This document shows, piece after piece, positions 33,322-46,056 of a DNA stretch of 64,000 bases; within the stretch, counting starts at the first letter, position 1, and each line of letters opens with the position of its first letter. A program made the position numbers and the translations under genes. Location of the stretch: NCBI GenBank assembly GCA_965178125.1, contig OZ237755.1, forward strand, positions 744,001 to 808,000, in the 5' to 3' direction. Below the pieces are notes generated by a model. The model made no database searches, had not been told where the DNA came from, and saw nothing but the letters and a program-made list of their open reading frames with translations. Source of the stretch: Bilabrum cf. latius. Lineage: Eukaryota.

Positions 33322-36300
33322 ATGTCGTCGGCAGGAACGCTCATAGATAAGTATCCGCTGGAAGGCGATGGCTTCATATCCCATATATATCACTATTTGT
33401 GGACGAAAGACGACCTCGCGCGCGGCCCACTCGGAGTTCGGATACCTGATACAGTGGTATTTCGCTTTCGCATGCCTGTAGCTTGGTTTTTTACGTCAAG
33501 GGACGGCACGATCAAGCGCAAGGCACGTTAGAACGTAACTCTCGAGCAGATTTTGGACGCCTTCCTGACAAAATCGGCGAAACGGAGCGGTTGTGATATT
33601 GTGGCAACATTTGTAGACACGTCTTCGGGCGGTGGGACGGTGGGAGCAGGTCCGTTGGCCAGCGCCGAGGCTGCCGAGGGCGGCGCAACTGGTGGTGGGG
33701 CTGGTGGCAGCAGGCCGACTATCACGTACATGAACGAAGAATCCCTCAAATCATTCCTTGGCAATAGCCGCAGGCCGTACAGCGGCGTGCTATAGCTGTT
33801 CATTGGCCCGAAAAGCCCCTACAACACTGTGATGCGGTGCGTGTGGGCGCCCAAGCTCTGCGTTTCGGAGCGGCGGGTGAACACCAGAAAGCTGAAAGAC
33901 AGGCGCGCTGGCATCTTTGAACGAGCGGTCACATTCGAAGGAGAGCCGCACAACTCGGACAGCGCGGCCGTCCGTGGCTCCGTCCTGCCCAAGCAGCTGC
34001 AGGGCCTGTCCGAGTCGGTAGTGTTTCACGTGGCGCAGGTGTCCAGGCTGAAAGCCAGGGTTTCTCGGCTCGTCGCGGACTTCAAGTTAGACCCTGACGA
34101 CAGGCTCTGGCTGCTCCGCGTGGTGAGCCTGCGGCTAGAGGGCGAATCGATAGACAGGAGCGATCCCGCCGTGCTGTCGGGGGCAGCCGTGGACGTCGGC
34201 AGGGGATCCGGAGTCGGGGGATTCGGAGCTAGAACGAGGGGATTGGCGGGGCCGGAGGGCGGGGCGGACGACGGCGTGATATTCCCGCATCGCACGAGGA
34301 AGGACGGGGTGCCCCACCCTATGCAGGCGGCCATGTCTGGGCTAAAGAAGCCTGCCTCGCTATTGGGGCCTGTCAGCCTGGAGGGCGGCATACGTGTGCC
34401 TGCCACGGCGTTGCCAGCCCTCAACGGGGTTTCCTCGGTGCTGGCGCCCGGCATGCAGGCAGCAGGCAGCGTGCTGGGCCCGCCACTGGTGCCTGAAGGG
34501 GAGGACGAAGCGGCAGTGGCAGCGGGTGCGGGTGCGGGTGCTGCTGGCGGTGCTGGTGCCGATTCCGAGGCGGGCGGGGCCGGGGGCGGGGACGGCTCGA
34601 TCACCGGCACAGACCCGTTTCGAGTGCAATCCAGCACCCTCCGCGGGGTCAGACCGCAGAGTCGGCAGTCGCTGCTTGTGTCGCAGATCTTGGGGAACAA
34701 CGGTGGGGACGGGGACGAGAGCGGTTTCCCAGCTGGGGCTCTCGGCATCGGAAGTGGCGGTGCTGCTGGTGCCGCGTAGCCTTCGATGAGGAGGAGAAGA
34801 GGGAGGGCATCGTCCAGCTCCGGGGTCGGCTCAGGATCGGGTGGTGGCGCGGGGACCGGTGCGGGCACAGGAGCCGAGCAGTCGTACTTGCGACCAGCGG
34901 TAGAAGTGCCAGAGCTGACACCTGCCAAGCTGCGGCTGATGCGCAAGGCGCACGCCCTCGAGGCCAAGAGGCAGGGGCTGGACCCCGAATCAACGATGCC
35001 TGCCGCGCTTGTGGGACACGAGGCAGCCGATGCGGCCGTGGTGGTACGAGAGCACAGGCGCACGATCGGGAAGCGCGACTCGCCGCAGAGGCAGTCGCAG
35101 CTGCAGAAGACGAGGCAGTGGGTAGACGAGGAGATGGGGCTGACTGGATCGAGAGCCGCCAAGACACACGCCATGGCTGGCGTGCTCGAGGCTGCAGCTC
35201 GCAACGTCACCGAGGCGCTCCCCGAGGCCGCGCTGCAGGCCACCAACGGCATGCTAGTGCTCAGAGAGGGCCAGTGCCCGAGCTGCGGCGCGGCCATGTC
35301 GCAGTCCCTGCCCGCTAGCAGCGCAGGCGGCGATGCGGGGGGCTGCCCAGTACCCTACAAGACCGTGATTTCGCACTACGACGCAGTTCTGCAGGAGCTG
35401 GGGCTGCGCGGGATCACGACGCACGAGATGGAAGACTACGATCACGACGTGCAGCTGGTCACCTCTGGTAGGGTGAGACCGGAGCAGGCGTTCGACACGC
35501 TTCCCGTCGATGTGGTCCTTTGGCCCCAGCAGAAGCTAAGCAGGGCGGCTGCAGGCGGGGTGGGCATGTACGGCGTGTGGACGAGCGTGGAATACCTGAG
35601 AGCCGCCGCGCTGTCACAGGAAGCCAAGCGCAAGAAAAAGCAGATGGAGAGGAAGCGGGAGGCCCGCCGTCAGGCGGAAATGAAAAAGCAGAGGCAGCTG
35701 GAGCGGGAGGAGGCTGGTCTTCCTCCCTTTGACAGCGACGAGGAGAAGGAGGAGGACGGCGAAGAGGAGCCTGAGGACATCGACGAGGACCTGGCGGGTG
35801 CTCCTGACCGGGAGTCCAGGCGTGGTAGCGTGGGTCGGAGAGGCTCGGAGCACGATTGGACGGCTCGAATTGACATGCAGCCGGACGTGGGGGGTGGGTT
35901 CAAGGGCGGTGAGAGCACGGGAGTGCACGGCGGTGGCGAGAGGGGTGATGAAGAGGACGATGGAGAGCTGTCACTGGCTGCCATCGGGGAGGGCGGCAGG
36001 CTGGGCCGTCCGCCGGTGAAGGAGGTGCCTCCGGTCCTGAGGCTGCTTCACCCAAAGATGGGGCCTGCCGAGTACAGGTGGATGCGTTCCGACCCTTTGT
36101 TTATGTTTAGGACGGCGCGGGTCTGCGAGGCTTGCTTCCTCGTGTACGCGCAGTTCTCGCAGCACACAGTGAGCGGCAAGGCGCCCCATTTCGCCCTGCG
36201 GCAGATCATGGGCCCAAAAGTGAGGAAGATGGTGGATTCCAGGGACGTGGGCGAGGCGATGGAGGACGGGAAGAGGCAGGCGATCGAGGACATGGAGAGG

Positions 36301-39300
36301 CAGGAGGAGGAGGACGAGGCCAAGCGAGCAAAAGGCAGGCCTATCTTCAAGGTGGGTGCATCTGGCTCGTAGCTTTCGTTCCATTCTTCGCAGCGGAAAG
36401 AAGAGGAAGAGAAGCAAGGAGATAGCATAATGCTGGCGACAGGGATCGGTGCTGGGAGCGGCGGCAGTCGCAGGGGAAGTGTGGGGAGGAGGGCCTCGGT
36501 GGGCAGCCAGAGGCAAGCAGGCGGGTCCCTGGGTGGCAGGTAGTCGCACGCGCGCGCCACGTCAAAAGGAGGAGGCCAGCCCAGCCCGACCGCTAACCGT
36601 TCCAGGCGGGGCTCCGGAGGCCGCGCTGTGACCGCGACGTCTACCACGGCATCGCAGGCGCCCGAAGACGGATTCCGTCAGTTTCTCGGGGAGCAGGGGT
36701 TCTCGGAGACTGGACCCGGTCTGCCCCCCTCGCTCCGTGCGGGCGGCCCGGCCCCCGCCGGCGCCGCTCCATCCATCCTGGAGCCACCCCGCACTGCCAG
36801 CGGCGCCATCGGAGGCGCTGCCTCTTCCTCTTCGGGATCCTTCATGCGCGCAGTGGCTGCCGACCCGGAGCTTCACTCTGGGCACCCCCTCGCGTTCATG
36901 TCTGCGACGGGAACGCTCCCGGCGCGACGCGGGGGCGGTGGCCCCGATCCAGCACGGGTGCGGGCCAGCACGGTGGCGGGCGCTCCGGGCACTGGCCTTT
37001 ACGGGCCCGGTTCCGGGGGTGGACAGGCGTGGTAGACTGTGGGTGCGGACGGGATGGGTGCGCGGCGGGCGAGTGCGCACGGGGGTTCGCTTCCAGCACT
37101 GCCGTACGCGCCACTCATGAGCAGCCCGACAAGCAGCTACGGTCCGGGCTACCAGCAGCAGAGGCAGTTGGCCGACGCAGAAGCTCAGTCGAGATCCCAT
37201 GCGCGACTGGCCCCGCTGCGCCAGTCGCCGACGAGCTCGACGGTCTACCGCCCTTTCACGGGAGCTGGCTCGCAGACCTCTGCCCCTGGGGGGTCCACCA
37301 TGCACGGAGGGGGTCCGTCCCAGGGCAGCATTGGCCTTGCGAGCATCAACTCTGGCATGCTGGGCAGGAGCCAGGGGCGCGGGACGAACAGGCGCTCCGG
37401 GGGCACGGCCGGAAGCAAGTCGCGCGGCAAAGGTAAGGCAGCAAGCGGATCTGGCAGGCCCAAGCCATCTCCCTTCGCCCAGATCCAGCACCTGCCCGGC
37501 GACAAGCCAATGGACCCAACGCAGGCGCGCGCGCGCAGGGCCGCGGCATCCGCCCGCGCCGCTAGAAGGGCACGCAAGCCAGACGGAGAGTCTGCTGACG
37601 TCCGGAGTGGTACGGCAGGGAACGACACCAAGCGGCACCATCAGGCGCGGGCCGACACCCGCTCTCAGGTACTGCCCCTGACCACAAAGTACGGGGAGCA
37701 GTATGACCCGCAGCAGGCAGAGAGCACCGGCCGAGGGGCGGGCAAGTCCCGGGGCGGCATGTCCCGCCGCAGCGGAGGCAGCGCTGGCGATGGGCTGGAC
37801 GCGGGCTCGCACCAGGATTTCCTCGCCAGGATGCGAAGCACGGTCAGCTCTGAGCAGGCCATGGCGGATCGAGCCGACGCCCTGGCCGAGGTGTTAGGGT
37901 ACGAGAAGACCCAGGACGAAGCCGCCAGGAAGATCCAGCAGGGCCTCCTGCAAGCGAACAAGGGCAAGGGCAAGGGTAGTGCTAAGGGCAGTGGCAGTGG
38001 GAGGCCCACTGGGGCGGCGTAGGAGGACGACTGGCGAGACCAGAGCGAGAGGGCGACGGATGCATACAGGCAGAGGGAGGCCACTGGGGCGGCCCAAAGG
38101 GAAGAGGAACTCAAGGGCAAAGCCGCGCAGCAGGAACTCCGAGAGCGGGCGAGGAAGGCAGCCGACGTGGCGGCGGGCAGGCAGCCGCGGCCCACGGAGC
38201 TCGAGAGGGAGCTCCGGAGGGAGGACGCGAGGCGGGAGGCCCTGGAGCAGCGCGCCAGGGAACAAGAGGAGGGCCAGGCGGCGCGTAAGAGGGTGGAGCA
38301 GAGGCAGCGGGAGCAGGCCCGCAAGGACGGAGCGGAAGCTGCGGCCCGCGATGACGTGGATGCGGAGGAGGGTGCTGCTGCCCTGGGCGACGGTGCTATT
38401 GCAGGGGCGTCCGACGGCTTGCCGCCGCAGGCAAAGTCGGGCACAAGCACGAGGATTCCCCCCGGTGGGCCGTGGCTCACGGACGCCGGGCCTGGGCGCG
38501 TGTTCTCTCCGAAGGGTCCTGGCGGTGTGCTCTCCGTGGTGGCTCGCGAGGAGGTCATCGGTCGGAAGGTCCGTGGAGCGGCGAGCGAGGGCAGGCCAGC
38601 GGACCAGGACCTCCTCGGGGGCGTGGCGCGGGAGCCTCTTGAGTCGGCGGGAGCAGAACCGGTGGGGAAGGAGCAGGCGGCGTGGAAGGACGAGCCTGTG
38701 TTCCCCGAGCTGCCCACCCAGAGGCGTGTCGTGAGCGTGCTGCGGCGCTGCCTACCAGGCGAGTTCAAGCCCAGCGAGGAGGACAGGAGGCGAGCCCGGG
38801 TGGCTCGCCGCAGGGAACAACAGGGCCTCGCGGTGGAGCCCTGGGAGCTGGACGAGAAGGCCAGCGGCGGTTTTGTTGTTCTCCGGCGGGACCTGTGGAC
38901 GGGGGCCGTGTGGCGGTCGTTCTGGCGAGAGGGCGCGGTGATCGACTGCGGGCCCGCTGAGATGGCCAGGGAACAAGCGAGGAAGGAGGCTTTGGCAAAG
39001 GCGGAGGAGGACCCCGAGGGTGAGGCCGCGCTTGCCTCCATCATGGGAAGCGACATAAAGGCGGCCGAGGTGCAGCGGGCCGCGGAGGAAGCCGCCAGTG
39101 CCCTGGATCTGCCCGAGCTGCTGCCCACTGATCCACTAATCGTGGCGGCTTCACGGAGGCTGCAGGAGTGGGGCGGGTCTGCGCTCGTGGAGTCCGGCGG
39201 AGGGTCGGGAGGAGACGCCGCTCCGCTCCCTGCGCAGACCATGCTGGCCGTGGGCCGGGCCTCGGCGTCATCGGCCGTGGTGCAGGTGGACGAGTCTCTG

Positions 39301-41430
39301 GGCACGTCTGCCAGCCCGCTGCCTGGACACTGGGGGGCCGTCGTGGCCCATTCAATGTGCGTAGCACCGGCCACTGAGTCTGCTGCTGCGTCCACTGGTA
39401 TTCGCCGCGAGCTGTGCATGCTCACGGTTGAGGTGCTCCCGCCGGACCAGTCCGCTAACCAGGGGGGTGGCGCGGGCCGTCAGGGCGACCCCAGCATGAG
39501 GGTCGGCTTCAGCCCCCATGCCTCCTCTTCGGCCGTGGAGAGGCTGGCGAAGAGCGTGGGCCGCCCGAGGTTTTGCCTGCGGGTGCTAGGGGTGGAGACG
39601 GGCGCGGTCGAGGTAATCTATCCGTTGACATTGGCGGAGCTCTTCCGCCATCCCCGGCTGGCGGGCGGTTCCACCGCACTCCACGACGACCCCGGCGGCA
39701 GGGCAGCCCGGCTGCTGGCCTCCAGGGGCCTCCGAGCGGCGCAGGAGCGCTCGCTGAAGGATGCCGAAACGGAGGCCAGGGCCAGGGCAATCCGGCTAGC
39801 CAAGGAGCGAGGGGACGAGGAACCCGACGAGGAGGAGACGCAGGTGCCTCGGGAAAAGCTCGAGGAAATCCGGGACGTTTCCCGGAGATCTCCTGACGCG
39901 GCGCTGCTGGCCCTCACTCAGGCCGCTGGGGCAGCAGGGGGCAGGGTGCAGCGCACGATGCCTGCGCCGCCTTCTGGCTGGCAGCTATGGACTGGCGTCC
40001 TCGCCCCTGCGCGGAGGTTCGGGGCCACCTTGCTGCTTCAGAGCGCCGGGGAGGCTGACGCGGTTGACGTGTTCCCCGGGAGGGTGCAGGGGGCGTCGCA
40101 CTCCGGTTGGGAGGGACTCGAAGCGGCAGGGGCTGCCTCCGGTGCGGGTGCATCGCACTCTGGTGCGAGCGTCCGGCTCGGGGGTGTCACCGTGAGCCGG
40201 CCGCTGCTTGCCTCCTTGCGATCTGCCGCGGAGAAGATCGGAGTGGACCTCAAGAAGGTGGCCAAACCTGAAGACCTAGAGTCCCTCGAGGACGAGGAAG
40301 CCAGGGAACAAGCCAGGGAACAAGAGGTGCGAGCGCGGGCGAGCGCCGCGAGTTCCGCTCCAGACGCAGGGGACAAGGCGGTGGCAGCCATGTCCGATTC
40401 GCTGCACGCGGCGGGGACCCTCGCCGCGCGGGTCATGCTGCTGAACGGCAGGCGCTACCAGCACGTGTCAGTGCGCACGGACCCAGCGGCCAAGGAACCG
40501 ACGCTCTCGATGGTCGTGCGGCAGAGCGTATCCGAGTCTGGGTCGGCTGGAACCGGCACCGTTGCAGATAGCCAAGGGAGTGCATCTGCCGCACCGCTCC
40601 CCGCAGGAGTGGCCACTTTGACCATGCCACTGACGTGGAGGCAGGCGGCCGACCCAGGGCACAACCCGCTGCTGCGCCGGGCTGCCTTCGAGCTCGCGGA
40701 GGGGTTCGGTTTCCCAACGAACGTTCGCCCAGACGAGCCCACGGCGGTGGAGGATGCCGCAGTGGAGGCTCGGCGCAGGGCAGGCGATCTCGAGGGGCAG
40801 CTGGCCGTGGCGCACGCAGAGGGCGATAGGGAACGTTCCTCTCGGCTGGAGCGAGACCTCAAGGAGGCCAGGGAACAAGCAGAGCACCCAGAGGTTGCAA
40901 CCGGGGCCGCACTCCCGACAGCAATCCCGGTCGCCTGCCAGGTGCGCGAGCTGCCCGCAGGCACGCTGTTCCTTGGCTGCTACCTGAGCGCGCCTGCGGG
41001 TGCGCGAGAGCTGGACCAGGGAACAAATGAGGCGGCGAGAGAGCGGCAAGGGGACCCGGCCAAGGCCAAGACCGACGTGTCCGGTAGAGGCGAGAGCGAG
41101 AGCGAGGGCAAGGGGAATGGCAGGGGCGGGAGCGGCAAGCAGCCCAGGCTCGTTGTGATCGTGGCGAGGCTTCCCAGCGGAGGGGCTTCGCCGGGCTTCA
41201 CTCTCTCTGAGAAGATGCAGAAGCCGGTGCGCATGGTCTTTGATCTGGACAGGGCACGCGACGGCAGGGCGAATCCACTGCTGGAGCGGGCAAAGCCTCA
41301 CGTCACCGGGGTGCGTCGCGAGACGGACGCGGAGGCCCGGGTGAGAGAGCGGCGCGATGCCGATAAGGCTGGGGCGAGCATGGATACTAGGGCTGCAGGG
41401 GACAAGGCTGCGGCTGCCGTGTTGGGATGA
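33322..41430 (+). CDS. Very large (~2,700 aa) protein of unknown function with structured N-terminal domain and IQ-like motif
   Basis: Seven same-frame ORFs joined by TAGs at 33529, 33793, 34777, 36370, 36541, 37033 and 38020; TGA at 41428. Globular-looking N-terminus (IPDTVVF..WFFTS; GVL*LFIGPK..MRCVWAP..ERRVN), VCEACFLVY, AARKIQ. A 42-nt intron at 36352-36393 is possible. Confidence 0.75.
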
Positions 41431-41570
41431 AGCAGCCATCAGCCAAGACGTCGATCGGCTCAAATTTTAGTTCCGGCTTGGGTCGCATCTCGGGCCATGG
41501 CGGAAGATGCTATCGGTCATTTTTCTCCATAGAAGCCAAATTAGGGTTGCATTCGCTCTACGATAGTGCC

Positions 41571-44500
41571 ATGGTGCGCCAAGTCACTGTATTTGTGGCA
41601 GTAAGCAACTTCACGCCTCGCTAATCGGCTGCTGCATCTTGAACGCATAGGTTTACTACCCCGTGCACATGTTTCCTGGTTGAGTTGATCGCCGCAGGTG
41701 ATTCTTGCTAATAGCCTGTATGCATTCGACCGGATACCGGTGCACAGCTCACGAGCCGGTCTATCGCTTGGTGTTTAGCCGCACTCGTTCAATGATCTTG
41801 ATCAGCTGTTGAATCTTGGCGCAAAGTACGCGTCAGTGTCCCCCAGGCTGTACGCTGATGACCCTACGCATTTTTCAACTAATCTTGAGTCACGGACGCT
41901 GTGGCTCAAGTTTGATCCACACTACATGGCACAAGGAGATTTCTGCGCTAGCCAGACGCAGCTGCCGGCCAAGAATAGAACAGACCCGAGAGGCTGTTAC
42001 GTGCTGAACCACAACACACCCGGCGGTCGATCTGATTACAATACTACATATCAGCTTGTGGATACGCTCATTGACCTTGCTCGCCGTCTCGGTGCAGAAG
42101 AGGGCGACCGAGCACCTGCTCGGATCGCAGCAGCGCTGTGCCTCAAATCTGCCCCATCGAAACGATGCTCGTCCTAGGAGTGGTTGAGCCTAACGGATGA
42201 CGTCATTGCGGATGCGTAGGCCCGCATTGCAGCGGCAAATCTCTCAGGTGCGCTCCAGCTGGCCCTGGACGGCGACGGCGCGCCCACCGAGACATGCCTG
42301 TACGACCGATGGTTGCCTTTGGTGAGCACATTCATCAATTCACCGTGGGAAGCATTCCTGACGGACGAACCCAGGCGCCTTCCGAACGGAACGGCCCCGG
42401 CTGGGTACGCCGCGTACGACAGGTTTCAGCTGCTCGATCCAAACGAGGCGGAATGGCCGGTCGTCACGGCGCTCGACTATGGGAAGTTCGGGAACAACTC
42501 GAGGCCGGAGTAGGCGCACAACTATCCCATTCTGCTGTGGGAACCCTCGGACCAGTCTAATATTGTATCCGAATCCTCCGAATACCTGGCCACCAAGGCA
42601 GCCCCGCATCCGGGCGGCCTTCTGTTCGCCAGTAACACTGACCCCCTGATGCACCAGCTGTACGCTTCTAGGCTCTCTGGATTCGGATGGACGGTCAACT
42701 ACACTGCATGGGAAACCGGCAGCGCCTCTCACTTAGACGATGGGTATAAGAGGTCGGATTCATATGGCCAGGCAACCGGGCAAGAGCAGTCGCTGACCCC
42801 TCCAGGCGACCACGTCACGAGCCGCCTGCGGTCAGGACGAGTGAATTGGAGCCGCGCCCTGTCCGGGCCAGAGAAATCGGACCAGGCTCCTGAAGCCTGG
42901 AAGCCACGAAACTTCAATATTCCTCTATTCATGTACAGCGGGGCATCGCAGCGGCGCACGGCTTGCAGCAAAGCGAGCCGTGCCTCTGGGCGATGTGCCA
43001 CTGAAGGCAGCGGCGAAGCGGTGGACAACACCGGCGCAGCCTCCAGCCAGTAGGTTGACTGGGCCACTGTCTTGCTTGGCGATGCGACACGAGAGAATCA
43101 GCAGATTCGGTACGCGGTTGCACCCGCTAGCGATCTGTTCTTTGCTGAAACATCGCAAGCACTCAGTGCTCCCGCCCCATTGCCAGCCATCGACGGGTCC
43201 GCCCAACATCCCCTCGGCAGCCGATTGCACGCTGCATCCTCCTGGTATGGCCCAGCTGCAAGCGTCAGTGTCAAGGATGGAGCTACTAGTGCGGCTGCAC
43301 AGCCCTTCATGGCGGACACGAAGGTAGATTTGACAGGCGCATCTCTTGTGCTAGTGACATCAAATGCCGCTACGGAGGCAGCCCAATCGGCCTTGGTTCA
43401 CGCTAGCAAGTACTCACTGCAGTGTCCCGGCGCATCTGCGGCATGCAGTATCGGGCTTAACATTATTGGTGCGCCGGTAAACGTTTCGTACGCCATCTTT
43501 GGAGGCCATGCGCCCGCGATGGCTGCGTGGGCTGCGGGCTCTAGCTCATTGAGCGACTTTGGCGTCGCAATGGTCGGCGCTCCAGCGCAGCGCACCTATG
43601 AGGCTGCTGGCGACGACGAATGCGCTCTGTTACTTTCTGTTCAAAGTTTAGGCAAGACTTCAGGGGACCTCCGAACAACGGCCACCACAGCATGCGTCAT
43701 GACGACTCAACAAGCATCGGACGCGGGAGCTCTGCTCGACCAAGTTTCGGTGTCCGTCGACCAGGTACCAGCTGCAAGCAGTGGTGGCACGGTTCGGAGC
43801 GGAGTGGTGCTTGTACCGTCCGTTCGAGACGAATAGAGAGGACCATCGCATGGCGTGCGACAGAGAGGAGGCCCGGACGAGGCTGCTGCTGCTAGCAGCG
43901 GCCAGCAAGCTGGGATCTTTATGATCCCGTTCATGGAGAGCGGCGAAGCAGGGATAGTACTATTTCCTAACGGTACTGCCGGGTCCTCATTTCGCCGTGA
44001 TGTCAATGTCGTGCCCTTTCCTACCACCCCAGCATACGTGGGCAGGCGGGCACGGTCGGCGACTGCTGCCCTGCCAGCTGCGAGCTCTTCGTCAGGCGGA
44101 ACCTCGTCAGCCATCTCGCTCGTGTCTATCGAGAGCTCGTTTTGTCCCAACACTGAGGATAGGAACAAACAAGCAGTGCCTGCATCGTGCATGCAGGTAC
44201 CCACTGCGGCGGCCCTCACTCAGACCGATGGCGCGCTGACCGCAGCAGGCCCCATTGTGTACGCTCTCCTCGACCCGCTCACGATAGGAGAGCACCTACT
44301 GCATGATGCATCCGTGTCGCAGAGAGCGCGTGCCACTGGGGTCACGCTATCGCACTGTGGTGTGGAGCCGCACCTGAGTCGTAGCGTTGACGACATCCCA
44401 AACAGTGACCTTCGAGGCTCGCAGTACTACTTGGGTGCGATGACGCTAGCCACGTCAGCGTACAACGACTCGGCAGCAGCACCTGCGATGCCAGCCGTGT

Positions 44501-44694
44501 CCGTGCTTCCATCAAAGGTGTCTGTTCCGTGGATCGATGCAGGCATGGCTGCTCTGGGTGCAGAGGCCGGGGTGTTCGGTGTATTCGCGCATGATGGGTG
44601 GAGCTCAAGCAGCTCAGACGTGGGGAAGTGCGGGGCACCGTTCGCTTCGAGCGGCGCGATGCTGGAAGGGATGCCGCTCCCAATTCTAAGTTGA
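41571..44694 (+). CDS. Secreted protein of unknown function; exons 41571-41600 and 41698-44694
   Basis: Splicing a 97-nt GTAAGC..CCGCAG intron gives the signal-like MVRQVTVFVAVILANSLYA. TAGs at 41776, 42175, 42217, 42511, 43051 and 43834; ends in TGA. Confidence 0.7.
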
Positions 44695-44820
44695 GCACGC
44701 AGCTGCTGTATGAGCAGAGGAAAACAGATAGGATGAGATGACAATAGCACTCGTGCCAAGTTGGCAGCTAATACCATCAAATTGCGCGCATTGACAGGCC
44801 TCAATGGATCCACTGAGCCA

Positions 44821-45981
44821 TCAGCTCGCCTTCTCCTTGCCCCAGTCATGGAACTCATCCCAGTTGAAGCTGTCGTTGTGCGAGTGCGAGAAGCCCATGG
44901 CCCTTTCCTTCTTGACGGTCTCCTCGGTCCTATACGCGATCACGTACGTGCGCCTGTGCCCATCGCTCATGTTTCCGCTGGAGCCGTGCACGACCCACTC
45001 GTCATGCACGGTGACAGAGCCTCTCGGGATTTCACAGTACTCGACTTGGTGCCCATCGGGATTGTCCTCGGTCTTCTCCTTCACGTCCACCCCGATTCCG
45101 TGCGCCTCCTCTCGGCTTGCCCCCAGTGGCACGTGGGGCCACAGCTTCTTCTCCTTGCCGCTGCCGGGGACGAATCGCAGGCACCCGTTCTGCACGGTGG
45201 TCGCGTCGAGCGCTAGAGAGAACGTCGCTGTGCGAGTGTCGGGGCCCGTCAGCTTTGCAGGCGGCCCTGTGGTGAACAAGAGGAAGCAAGGAGGGTGGGA
45301 GGAGAGGCAGGTTACTATTCTATTCTCCGCCAAATTCAACAATCAAGGAGGGGGTTCAAGTGGGGGCTGCTCACAGTAAGCCATGTCCTGGTGCCACGCG
45401 AACTGGGCCTTGGACATCTGCGAGATGATGCAATCAAGAGCACGTTTGGGGGTTCGACGCACGGTGATGCCAGTTCGAAGTCGCTGAGACACTAGGATGC
45501 TATTCGTAAATGGTCTCACTTGGGGTTTCTTGTTGAGAAGCTAATCGTAGTCCAATTCCATTCGAACATCCTAGAGTAGCTGTGCAACAACTGCAGCAGA
45601 CCTGCGCTCGTACGTGTTGTTCTGCAAGGCTGGGTAGTACCGTCTCGGCAACATTGCGTTGATCAGCTCAAAGTCTTCGGGCTTGCGATCCAACGGTCCG
45701 GACATATCGCATAGATCCTTTCCTTCGGGCCGAATCTCGAAATTCATGAAACGATCATAAATTTCCTCAATGGGAGCCAATTCCTCTTCAGAGAGGAAGT
45801 CGGGAAGAATAACATAACCCTTTTCAACAAAGTGCCGCCTCTACTCGTCCGATATTTCGTATTTGTCGCTCTGCCGACCGGTAGTTGCACCAAGCGATCG
45901 AGCTCCAAGTGCGATCCCCGATGCTCGTCTGACCACCGCCAGCCGTGACAATGCAAGCGCCTTGCGCGAAACTCGGAGCAT
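44821..45981 (-). CDS. Phytanoyl-CoA dioxygenase (PhyH) family Fe/2OG oxygenase with probable mitochondrial presequence; exons 45981-45520, 45417-45375, 45266-44821
   Basis: Arg-rich, acid-free N-terminus. ISDE*RRHFVEKGYVIL, DYD*LLNKKP, WHQDMAYWP (rebuilt by splicing), ALDDAT-like ALDATTVQNGCLRFVPGS, distal HGS..N..RR. Introns of 102 and 108 nt with GTGAG..CAG ends. Confidence 0.88.
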
Positions 45982-46056
45982 ATTTGTCCCTCCTTCTGAT
46001 GTAGTATAAGGCAGCTTGCACTCGGATATGTGCTAACCAGCAAGATAGATCCAGTC

